Below, piece by piece: positions 19,099 through 27,330 of a stretch of 27,330 nt of DNA. A program made the position numbers and the translations under genes. The stretch's first letter is position 1; every line of letters starts with the position of its first letter. The stretch is from a virus (taxonomy: Duplodnaviria; Caudoviricetes): IMG/VR virus record IMGVR_UViG_3300035216_000727, positions 1 to 27,330 of that record. One strand, given 5' to 3'. Below the pieces are notes generated by a model, which worked only from the letters and a program-made list of their open reading frames with translations, had not been told where the DNA came from and did not search any database.

Positions 19099-20481
19099 AT
19101 GGCACTTTTAGTACCTGATTGTGGCGAACTTCAATCCCTAAGGTATCTCGTTAACAGTGATCACAGAATCCCTAGGAATCTGATTTTAAAACTATATTCT
19201 AGTTCAACGACACCTTCCGAAGGTGATGTTCCATCACAAACAACTTATTATGAACCATATGATGCATCAGGATCACTTGGGTATGGTGTTTCACCATCCA
19301 ATGGATATCCTGCTGTAATTAATAATAGGTTCGACCAGGACTATTCCAGACAGTTTGGTGTTCTCCTTAATGGTAATCTTTGGAATGTAAGAACGATTAC
19401 CTCTGCGATTGCAACTCCTACTGGTTCAGGCACAGTTAACGAATATACAATCACTGTTGATAGCACAACCAACATTGCTGTTGGACACTATGCAAGTGGT
19501 GGTGGTATTGGTTCCAATGCAACTGTTGCTGCAATTGATGGCAACACTATTGTACTAACGGTTCCTAACACATCTACGTTTACCAACCAAGCACTAGCAT
19601 TTGGTGTTGGTACAACTACTGCATCATATCCTGAGCAAACTTTCACCTTCTCCTCTGCTGCTAATAACCAGTTTGGTTACTATCTAATAAGAGCAAATAA
19701 CCTTCCTAAGGAAATTCACGGTGTTGAGAATGCTACTTCAGTTTCTGAAGCAGTTGCAATTGGTAAGACTCTGACCACTGGTACTATTGGTCAGTCATTC
19801 TTGACTCTCTTCGATAAGAAGTATGAGCCAACTGTTTCTGGAACTAATGGTGAGATGCTTCTCACGGTTAATGTTAATACTGGTATTACAACTAACCAGA
19901 GAGTATCTGGAACTGGTATTGTAGCAGGAACTAGAGTTACTGGTGTGCAGGGAACTAACGTTTATATCGATAAACAGTTATCCGGTTCCCCTTCTGGAAT
20001 AGCAACATTCACTGAAAATGTTGCTGAAGATATCTGCGTTGGAATGGCAGTTACCCACACCAACCTAACTGGTGAAGTTAAAGCAATTAGTGATGGTACT
20101 ACAGTTACCGGTTACGATGAGATTCTGAGAAGAGTATATCTCAATAATGAACTGGTAAACAACGTACAGACTGCTACTGGAGACCAAGTTAACTTCGGTA
20201 CTTCACATGTAACTGCAACATCTCATGGTTTGGAAGCAGGTGATGTAGTTTATATTGCATCGGGTGCAGGTAATACAACTACTGTGTCTTCAACATACAC
20301 TGTCCACCATTCACTTGATGCAAATACCTTCTCAACTACACCTGCTCTTGCAGTTGGTGCTGGTGGAAGTTCCACAATCTATAGCAGCATCATGTTTGCT
20401 GAAAGATTTACAAACGGTCCATACAATATCCAAAACAATGGTGACCAAATTAAGGTTACTCTGAATATCAGCCTCGATTGA
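19099..20481 (+). CDS. Virion structural protein (460 aa), probably highly expressed
   Basis: MALLVP..GE..SLRYL...IPRNLILKLY..., TTASYPEQTFTF...GYY and FAERFTNGPY.IQNNGDQIKVTLNISLD resemble a conserved cyanophage structural protein. It is flanked by a perfect late promoter, a strong RBS and an intrinsic terminator. Confidence 0.75.
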   Translation: MALLVPDCGELQSLRYLVNSDHRIPRNLILKLYSSSTTPSEGDVPSQTTYYEPYDASGSLGYGVSPSNGYPAVINNRFDQDYSRQFGVLLNGNLWNVRTITSAIATPTGSGTVNEYTITVDSTTNIAVGHYASGGGIGSNATVAAIDGNTIVLTVPNTSTFTNQALAFGVGTTTASYPEQTFTFSSAANNQFGYYLIRANNLPKEIHGVENATSVSEAVAIGKTLTTGTIGQSFLTLFDKKYEPTVSGTNGEMLLTVNVNTGITTNQRVSGTGIVAGTRVTGVQGTNVYIDKQLSGSPSGIATFTENVAEDICVGMAVTHTNLTGEVKAISDGTTVTGYDEILRRVYLNNELVNNVQTATGDQVNFGTSHVTATSHGLEAGDVVYIASGAGNTTTVSSTYTVHHSLDANTFSTTPALAVGAGGSSTIYSSIMFAERFTNGPYNIQNNGDQIKVTLNISLD

Positions 20482-20512
20482 TACATTGTATTTGATTTTA
20501 ATATTATATTAT

Positions 20513-20547
20513 GGAGGGGTTGCGGTAACGTGGCCCCTCCTTTTTTT
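20513..20547 (+). terminator. Rho-independent terminator
   Basis: GGAGGGGTTGCG-GTAA-CGTGGCCCCTCC forms a 12-bp stem (3 G:U pairs) with a GNRA tetraloop, followed by T7. Confidence 0.9.
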
Positions 20548-20573
20548 CCTTGTTTTAATAAAGAGAATGCGAG

Positions 20574-22769
20574 ATGCCAGCACTTAATGTCGGAATAAGT
20601 TCAACATTTGAACAGCAGAGACGTGTCATCAATACACTTGCAGTTGATGTCAGCTCCATCCTTTTGGGAACTGCTGGAATAGCAACGTACTCACCATTAG
20701 CAGGAATTGCATCTGATGCAGTTAGACTTAATGGCCAGTTACCAAGCTTTTACCTAAATTACACAAATCTGGGTAATACACCAACAAGTTTATCCCAGTT
20801 TACTAATGATGTAGGTTTTATTACTTCATTTACAATTGATAGTGGCATTTCTGTTACTGGTATTCTAACTGCTACCACATTTGATGGTAACCTAACAGGT
20901 AATGTAACTGGAAATCTTTCCGGTGATGTTCAGGGTGGAACTATCACAGGCAGTTTTAGTGGCAATGGTAGTGGAATTACCAATATAAATGCTTCTAACA
21001 TATCTGGTGGAACTCTAAGTAACTCAGTTATACCCACACTCAACCAGAATACTGCTGGAACTGCTGCTGGACTATCTGGCAATCCAACCATCGGTATTAC
21101 TTCTTTAACGGCATCAGGGAGGATTGTAGGTGCTGCTACTAGTAATGTAATTCCATTCTTATATACTAATTTAAGTGACTTGCCAAGTGCAGGAACTTAT
21201 CATGGTGCATTTGCCCACGTTCATAATGAAGGTGCTGCATATTTTGCACATGCTGGAGATTGGGAAGAACTTGTAAATTACACTACGGGCACAGATAATT
21301 TATCCATTGGAGGAACAGTAACTGCATCTGGTATTAATGTCACTGGAATTGTAACTGCTGTCACATATTATGGTGATGGTTCACAATTAACTGGTGTTGG
21401 TGGTGGAGGTGGTGGACTACAGATTTATGATGAATATAATCTAATTGGTACAGCATCTTCACTTAACTTTGTCGGTGGAAACGCAGCAGCAACTTTTAGT
21501 AATGGTTATGTTACAGTTAATTTAACTGATTCTGATACAAACTATTGGGAACTTAATTCTTCAGGAATCAGCACAACATCAAATATTGGTATTCAAACTG
21601 CAAATCCAAGTTATCCATTAGAAATTGGTCCATATAACAGTAGCTCAGTTGGACTATATGTTCATGGAAAATCAACTTTTGGTAATGAGATAACTGTACC
21701 TTCTGTTGGACTAGGAACATTATCAATTAACTCTGAGACTAGAGTTCTTAATGTTCCAAGAATTGTAGCATCCGAACTTGCTGTTGGTAATATTTCAACA
21801 ACTAGGATTTTAGATGTTACCAGTTCAGCAACTATTGGTGCTGGACTAACAATTCAAGGTGGATTGGATATCCGTGATAACCTAAGAGTTTCAGATAATA
21901 AGTATATTACTCTTGGTGATGGTTTTGATCTATCAATTTATCATGACACGATTAATAGTCATATTGCTGACCAAGGTACTGGTAGTCTAATTCTTCGTGG
22001 TAGCACAGTTCAGATAAAAAATGCAGCAGACAGTAAGGTATCTGCTGAATTTACGGGTGGAGATTCTGCAAAACTTTACTGCGATAATTCAGAAAAGTTT
22101 GCTACTATCAGTTTAGGTGCAACTACTTATGGTAATCAATATGCCACAGCATTCTATGGTGATGGTTCTGGTCTAACAGGGATTGTTGCTGCATCAAGTG
22201 TCGGTCTTGCAATTTTAGATTCTGGAACACCAGTTGGCACTGCTACTACATTAAACTTCGTTGGTACTGGTGTAAATCCATCAGTTACTGGTGGTATTGC
22301 AGAGATTGACATTTCTGCTGCAATTGGTGCTGCAGGCAAATTTAAGGATGGTACTTTAGGTATACATACAACAGCACCTGCTGTTGGTTTAGGTACAACT
22401 AATCCACAAACACAGTTACAACTTGGTGATTTTTACGGTATAGAAGTTTACAGTGGTTCTACTACAGTAAATGCTGGTGTTGCAACAGATGGTATAGGTG
22501 AGTGGACCATTGCAGATACGGACTTTGTAAGTGTGGAATATAAACTATACTTTAACTACAATGGTTCAATTCAAACCCAAAAAGCATCAGTGATGCATGA
22601 TGGAACTACCGCATATGTCTCATCATATGCCATGATGATGACTGGAAATACTCAAGTTATGTCAATTGATGCAGTAGTATCAAATGGACAAGTAATTCCA
22701 AGGTGGACATCAGGAAGTGGAATAACTGGTATTGTTACATACAGAGTAGTAAGGGAGTCAATGCTATGA
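20574..22769 (+). CDS. Tail-fibre-like protein (731 aa)
   Basis: N-terminal TFEQQR..IN.LA helix, G/T/S-rich repeats (GNLTGNVTGNLSG; [YF].G[DN]GS.[LI]T three times), His-rich LPSAGTYHGAFAHVH..G..YFAHAG.W motif, IGI.T.NP repeats and a C-terminal EYK...Q......MHDGTTAY..Y domain typical of cyanophage fibres. Confidence 0.75.
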   Translation: MPALNVGISSTFEQQRRVINTLAVDVSSILLGTAGIATYSPLAGIASDAVRLNGQLPSFYLNYTNLGNTPTSLSQFTNDVGFITSFTIDSGISVTGILTATTFDGNLTGNVTGNLSGDVQGGTITGSFSGNGSGITNINASNISGGTLSNSVIPTLNQNTAGTAAGLSGNPTIGITSLTASGRIVGAATSNVIPFLYTNLSDLPSAGTYHGAFAHVHNEGAAYFAHAGDWEELVNYTTGTDNLSIGGTVTASGINVTGIVTAVTYYGDGSQLTGVGGGGGGLQIYDEYNLIGTASSLNFVGGNAAATFSNGYVTVNLTDSDTNYWELNSSGISTTSNIGIQTANPSYPLEIGPYNSSSVGLYVHGKSTFGNEITVPSVGLGTLSINSETRVLNVPRIVASELAVGNISTTRILDVTSSATIGAGLTIQGGLDIRDNLRVSDNKYITLGDGFDLSIYHDTINSHIADQGTGSLILRGSTVQIKNAADSKVSAEFTGGDSAKLYCDNSEKFATISLGATTYGNQYATAFYGDGSGLTGIVAASSVGLAILDSGTPVGTATTLNFVGTGVNPSVTGGIAEIDISAAIGAAGKFKDGTLGIHTTAPAVGLGTTNPQTQLQLGDFYGIEVYSGSTTVNAGVATDGIGEWTIADTDFVSVEYKLYFNYNGSIQTQKASVMHDGTTAYVSSYAMMMTGNTQVMSIDAVVSNGQVIPRWTSGSGITGIVTYRVVRESML

Positions 22770-25348
22770 TTATAGACTGGACTGATGAAGAGAACATTAA
22801 AGCATTAAATCAAGCACATCTCGATGAGATTGCAGAATTGGAGAAGGTTCCTGACGATCCAACTATTAGTAAGCAGTATGTTATTGGATGTAGTAATGCT
22901 GCAGATTGGCAATATATCCATCAAGTTCTAATTACTGATGATACTAGTGAATCAGATTTTCCATCAGAGTCAGTAACATGTATAGATTCTTGCAATCATA
23001 GCTCAGTTAAGGGTAGATATATTTTAACAGATGAACAAGTAGGGACTATAAAAAATCACCCTAAAGTATTGTATATTCATCCAGACTTTAGTAGATACTT
23101 GGGAACATATAAACCACCCACACACGAAATTATATGTGCTGCTAAGTATAACAGATATAATAGCAATAAACGGCACTATAGGGATATGCAGGTATCCATG
23201 CCATATACACCCACCGATGCGGAAGCAGGTCGTTCTGGATATCAGTTGTTAAGATGTATGCAAGTAGATGATCCTTGGTGGTCTGAAGTTGGAACATATG
23301 AAACAAAGAATGATGTTATTAAAAACGAAAAAATCCAGCAGCTTGGTGATGGTTCAGATATAGATTTAATTATTACAGATACTGAAGCATGGTATGGTCA
23401 TCCAGAATTTATTAACACAGCAATAAGAAGTACAGCAACTAATGATGGATATAACTCTACTGGTTCTGGTCCAACTAACTACAGGGGAGGTAATGTCCTC
23501 CCAGGAAATGGATATTGTGATGCTTTAGACATGTATCTAGATTCACCATATTATATTGATCCAGACTTTTTTAATGCCGACTCAGGCAATAGATTAATGA
23601 CAAGATGGGATGGCACTAGAGTCCCAACAGAAAATGCTGCTCGTAATTGGTGGTCTAGCAATTCATTATCTACTAGGTCATCAAAGTTCGTAAGTCCATC
23701 TCAAGGAGGAAGCGCTACTGGTGTTAATGATTTTGGTGTGATTAATTCTGGTTCTCAATATAGTAATTATACTAGACTCAACTGTAATGGATCAAATACA
23801 TCATATCCTACTGCTGGTGGTCAAACTCATGCTACCCAATGTATGGGTGTATCTTATGGAAGACAGTATGGATGGGCATATAATGCAAATAAATGGCATA
23901 TAAACAATATTGGTAATAGTTCCACTGGTATTGAATCATCGGCAGATTTCATTAAAGTTTTTCATAATTGTAAACCCAACAATCCATCATTAGGAACAAA
24001 GGACCCAACAGTGACATCAAATAGTTGGGGATATCGTTCTACGAGTCATAGAACTATTTCTTCTCCCGGTAATTATGTATTTTTCCGGCATGGACAAGGA
24101 TCCACTACCAATGTAGTCAATCCATCTGCATCATATACTTCCACTTACAGTATGCCAAATTGTCTGAAAGATGTTGGTAGATATGGGGATGGATATAGAA
24201 TGAAGGGTGAAATGTTGCCAAACTCCATGCTCACAGCATGGGAGGAGATGGTTAATGCTGGTGTAATTACAGTTGTTGCATCAGGTAACTCAAATCAGAA
24301 GCAAGTTCAACCAAACCATCCAGACTTTGATAACTTTTGGACATATAATGTTACTGGCAATACAAGTCTAATATCGAATACGCATCAAGAGTTTGGAGTT
24401 AATTGTTATAACACAATGAATAGACCTGGATTCCCACAACAGGTTGGCAGACATACTGATAGTAATAACAATTTGGTTTTAAACAAAGTTATTAATATGG
24501 GTGCATTGGATTATGCATATCAAACTACTGGGCATGAGAGAAAAGTGGATTATAGTGATATGGGTAATGGTATTGATTGCTATGCTCCAGCAGATGATAC
24601 ACTAGGACCAACTGCATTTACAAGTGGTGAAGGTGTTCACCCCGAAACTTATGCGGGACTTACTATTACTGCAATGGATGATGACTTTGGTGGAACTAGT
24701 TCAGCATGTCCAGTGGCAGCAGGATTAATTGCAACTAAAATGCAATATAATAGGACATGGAGTTGGAGTGATGTGAAGACTTGGATTTTAAATCTAAGTC
24801 AGCAAGATCCAACTAAGTTTTATAATGGAACCGAAGCAACTTCAGTAAATGACAGTAATTGGCAAGATACTGTTCATATTAATGGTGGTTCTCCAATTGT
24901 CATGTATGACAAAGAAACTGGACAAGAACCTTCTGGTGCTTTCGGCAGTATCCAATCTAGTAATTATTCTATAACAGAGGGAGATACATTTACTATAACA
25001 ATATATGCAGCTGGTGTACCTAGTGCAACATATTATTATTCCATTGAAGGGATTCCAGGAGAAGATTTTACCCCACCAGTAGGTGGATTTGACCCTTCAG
25101 GAATAACAGGTAACTTTAGTTATAGTGGTTCTGGAAACATTACATTCAATATAGTTACTACTAATAATCTAATTACATCTACGGATAGTAGAATACGAAT
25201 TAGAGTTCGTGAAAGTGCTATTAATGGACCAATTGTTGCATCTACTGACGATATTATCGTCACTGGGACATCAGAACCAGTACCATTTCAGTTTGCATCT
25301 GGTGGAACTCAATGGGGTGGTGGTGTAATAGTCACTTTCCAACCGTAA
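22766..25348 (+). CDS. Subtilisin-like serine protease (family S8) with propeptide-like N-terminus and C-terminal Ig/Calx-beta-like domain (860 aa)
   Basis: Catalytic residues in subtilase order: DLIITD (Asp 23378), THATQC (His 23828), oxyanion VVASGN (Asn 24287) and FGGTSSACP (Ser 24698); also YSDMG..IDCYAP. Start placed at the ATGA overlap with the upstream stop (22766) rather than 22703. Confidence 0.82.
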   Translation: MIIDWTDEENIKALNQAHLDEIAELEKVPDDPTISKQYVIGCSNAADWQYIHQVLITDDTSESDFPSESVTCIDSCNHSSVKGRYILTDEQVGTIKNHPKVLYIHPDFSRYLGTYKPPTHEIICAAKYNRYNSNKRHYRDMQVSMPYTPTDAEAGRSGYQLLRCMQVDDPWWSEVGTYETKNDVIKNEKIQQLGDGSDIDLIITDTEAWYGHPEFINTAIRSTATNDGYNSTGSGPTNYRGGNVLPGNGYCDALDMYLDSPYYIDPDFFNADSGNRLMTRWDGTRVPTENAARNWWSSNSLSTRSSKFVSPSQGGSATGVNDFGVINSGSQYSNYTRLNCNGSNTSYPTAGGQTHATQCMGVSYGRQYGWAYNANKWHINNIGNSSTGIESSADFIKVFHNCKPNNPSLGTKDPTVTSNSWGYRSTSHRTISSPGNYVFFRHGQGSTTNVVNPSASYTSTYSMPNCLKDVGRYGDGYRMKGEMLPNSMLTAWEEMVNAGVITVVASGNSNQKQVQPNHPDFDNFWTYNVTGNTSLISNTHQEFGVNCYNTMNRPGFPQQVGRHTDSNNNLVLNKVINMGALDYAYQTTGHERKVDYSDMGNGIDCYAPADDTLGPTAFTSGEGVHPETYAGLTITAMDDDFGGTSSACPVAAGLIATKMQYNRTWSWSDVKTWILNLSQQDPTKFYNGTEATSVNDSNWQDTVHINGGSPIVMYDKETGQEPSGAFGSIQSSNYSITEGDTFTITIYAAGVPSATYYYSIEGIPGEDFTPPVGGFDPSGITGNFSYSGSGNITFNIVTTNNLITSTDSRIRIRVRESAINGPIVASTDDIIVTGTSEPVPFQFASGGTQWGGGVIVTFQP
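23600..23628 (+). repeat. 29-bp exact direct repeat, copy 1 (copy 2 at 26134-26162)
   Basis: acaagatgggatggcactagagtcccaac is present in both protease genes. Confidence 0.9.
23855..23901 (+). repeat. 47-bp exact direct repeat, copy 1 (copy 2 at 26377-26423)
   Basis: tatggaagacagtatggatgggcatataatgcaaataaatggcatat is present in both protease genes. Confidence 0.9.
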
Positions 25349-25355
25349 CTAAATA
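25348..25355 (+). promoter_or_regulatory. Putative late promoter (ACTAAATA)
   Basis: Same octamer as upstream of gp8, about 28 nt before ATG 25384. Confidence 0.6.
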
Positions 25356-25383
25356 GTAAAAACTTCTAGTATTTAAATGGGAT

Positions 25384-27330
25384 ATGCCTGAAGAAATTCT
25401 AGAAACACCTGGGTTTCAGGAAATAAAAGATACTTTACCCAAAGAGCCGGAGGGTGATGTAGATAAGGAATATGTTGTTGTTTGCTATACTAACGAAGGA
25501 TGGCAAACAATTCATAGTTTTATCATGGAAGAATCTACTGATGTGGATTTTATTCCCAATGCTGCAAAAATATGTAGTGATGACAAAAAACATAGCCCTG
25601 TTAGGGGAACATATTTGATGAATGACTCTGAGGCAAAAGAACTCAGGTCTCACGTATTAGTTAAGACGGTAAATATTAATCGTTCAGCATATCCAGGAAC
25701 ATATAAAATTGACCCTGCACAATTATTGGATGGAATTGGACCAAAATATAGATATGGTTCAAATGTTAACCACCAAAGAGACCCAGCTTGGTCATCAAGT
25801 CCTGCAGCAGACACACTAAACCGTGCTGGATATAGTCTTTTAAGACATTCTCAGTATCAAGACCCTTGGCAGGGTAAGATAACAAGTACTGTAATCAACG
25901 ATAGGGCTCAGCATTATGGTGCGGGTGAAGACACTGATGTCATTGTAATTGATCAAGATATGTGGTTTGGTCATATTGAATTTCAAAATAATACAGGTAA
26001 TGGTCCAACTAACTATACGGGAGGAAATGTTCTTCCCGGAAATGGAACCTGTGATGTCTTATGCATGGTAAATGATGCACCATATTACATTGATCCCGAT
26101 TTCTTCGATGCCAATCCATCATCTAGATTAATTACAAGATGGGATGGCACTAGAGTCCCAACGGAAAGTGCTGCTAATGGTTGGTGGAATAATAATTCAT
26201 TGTCATATAGGTCATCAAAATTTGTAAGTTCGGGTAATGGTGGAACTGCAACTGGGGTCAATGATTTTGGAACTATAACCGTTACATCTGGTTACACCAG
26301 AGCAAGTATGAATGGGTCCAATACTGCTTATCAAACTCAGAGTGGATATCATGCAACACCATGTGCATCTTTAGCATATGGAAGACAGTATGGATGGGCA
26401 TATAATGCAAATAAATGGCATATTGCCGTTATGGGAAGTTATGCACCTGATGAAGAAGAACTATTTGATTTAATCAAAGTATTCCACCAGTGCAAACCAG
26501 TAAACCCGACATACGGAAATAGAGACCATACACTTACAACAAATAGTTACGGTTATAGAGCACATACTCCATCATCTAGTGGATATTATTACTATGAGAC
26601 CAATAATGATGGAACTGGTGGAGTTTCTTATTCATCAAAACCAAATTTCCTTAACAATTTCTATCAAAGTGGTCTTAGATGTGAAATGCAGTCGGGTTCT
26701 ACATTGACAGCTGGTGATGAACTGATTGATGCTGGTGTTATTTTTGTATGTTCTGCAGGAAACACTAGACAAAAACTAGTGAAAGCAACTCACCCATCTT
26801 GGTATAATTATTTGTCTACCAGTAGTAATCATACAATAGCAGATACTGTATTCACTTCTTCTGGATTTGATTGGGCAAAAACTACGAATAGACAGGGATT
26901 CCCTGGTCAAATTGGTGCAACTGGTGTTGGAACAAACACTACATATAGAACTTTTCCAATTGGAGCACTAAGTGGTTCTCAGTATAGTGGTGGATTGGAA
27001 CAAAGAGCAACCTATAGTAATATGGGTAATCTAATTGTTGGATTTGCTGCTGGAGAAAAGCAGGCATCTGCATGTGATGACAATTCTAGTAGTCGTTACA
27101 ACCGTTATGATGCTTATTATACTATCAATGGTGTTCAATCTATAGAGTCAGAAGATACTGAATTCGGTGGAACCAGTGCGGCATCTCCTGTTGCTTGTGG
27201 TTTATTAGCAACTAAGATGCAGCATAATAGGACTTGGACGTGGCAAGATTTGATGAACTGGATTGATGGATTAACACCAGTCAATAATTCAGAATTTTAC
27301 TATGGTTCTGAATCAACTTCTGCTACAGAT
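25384..27330 (+). CDS. Second subtilisin-like serine protease (S8), paralog of 22766-25348; 3' truncated by window edge and absent from the ORF track
   Basis: Hand translation from ATG 25384 (MPEEILETPGFQEIKD...) stays open for 649 codons to the window end. It contains DVIVID (Asp 25951), YHATPC (His 26350), VCSAGN (Asn 26761) and FGGTSAASP (Ser 27175), and is colinear with the upstream protease. Confidence 0.85.
   Translation, partial: MPEEILETPGFQEIKDTLPKEPEGDVDKEYVVVCYTNEGWQTIHSFIMEESTDVDFIPNAAKICSDDKKHSPVRGTYLMNDSEAKELRSHVLVKTVNINRSAYPGTYKIDPAQLLDGIGPKYRYGSNVNHQRDPAWSSSPAADTLNRAGYSLLRHSQYQDPWQGKITSTVINDRAQHYGAGEDTDVIVIDQDMWFGHIEFQNNTGNGPTNYTGGNVLPGNGTCDVLCMVNDAPYYIDPDFFDANPSSRLITRWDGTRVPTESAANGWWNNNSLSYRSSKFVSSGNGGTATGVNDFGTITVTSGYTRASMNGSNTAYQTQSGYHATPCASLAYGRQYGWAYNANKWHIAVMGSYAPDEEELFDLIKVFHQCKPVNPTYGNRDHTLTTNSYGYRAHTPSSSGYYYYETNNDGTGGVSYSSKPNFLNNFYQSGLRCEMQSGSTLTAGDELIDAGVIFVCSAGNTRQKLVKATHPSWYNYLSTSSNHTIADTVFTSSGFDWAKTTNRQGFPGQIGATGVGTNTTYRTFPIGALSGSQYSGGLEQRATYSNMGNLIVGFAAGEKQASACDDNSSSRYNRYDAYYTINGVQSIESEDTEFGGTSAASPVACGLLATKMQHNRTWTWQDLMNWIDGLTPVNNSEFYYGSESTSATD
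26134..26162 (+). repeat. 29-bp exact direct repeat, copy 2
   Basis: Identical to 23600-23628. Confidence 0.9.
26377..26423 (+). repeat. 47-bp exact direct repeat, copy 2
   Basis: Identical to 23855-23901. Confidence 0.9.

Noticed and set aside
21392-21417. GGT/GGA run encoding poly-Gly as a phase-variable repeat
   Set aside because: It is an imperfect in-frame triplet run encoding a flexible linker, common in fibre proteins.
22703-22765. 21-aa N-terminal extension of the first protease in the ORF track
   Set aside because: It overlaps the fibre gene by 67 nt; ATG 22766 gives a standard ATGA coupling and an N-terminus comparable to the paralog.
25377-25391. Alternative ATG at 25377
   Set aside because: It gives only MGYA-stop; the long frame begins at 25384.
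1038-25653. All short minus-strand and alternative-frame ORFs of 61-184 aa (e.g. 3706-4260, 6937-7233, 15011-15292, 25435-25653)
   Set aside because: They lie wholly inside long, motif-bearing + strand genes, show no recognisable motifs, and are expected shadows of biased codon usage.
23600-26423. Diversity-generating retroelement (TR/VR) or CRISPR reading of the protease repeats
   Set aside because: The repeats are in-frame parts of two paralogous genes, only two copies each, with no spacer periodicity, no adenine-specific mismatch pattern noticed and no reverse transcriptase in the window.

Overview
AT-rich, densely coding window with every plausible gene on the + strand. It reads as the baseplate/tail morphogenesis (late) module of a T4-like myovirus of the marine cyanophage type (Kyanoviridae-like; taxonomy inferred from remembered motifs and gene order, no database search). 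Gene order: 3' part of a gp7-like baseplate wedge protein; a fibre protein with a gp9/gp10-type N-terminus; a second 1826-aa gp7-like protein; gp8; a 2510-aa VrlC/DUF4815-like structural protein; three small structural or hypothetical genes; a 460-aa structural protein with its own perfect TATAAATA late promoter, RBS and terminator; a 731-aa tail-fibre-like protein; and two tandem subtilisin-like (S8) proteases, the second running off the window and missing from the ORF track. Most interesting points: (1) the pair of intact-triad subtilases embedded in the tail module, sharing exact 47-bp and 29-bp blocks; (2) gp7 apparently split in the middle of a domain by a cassette carrying the gp9/gp10-like fibre gene; (3) a 7-bladed beta-propeller and nested domain insertions in the structural proteins. 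No tRNA, rRNA, CRISPR array, integrase or transposase was seen.
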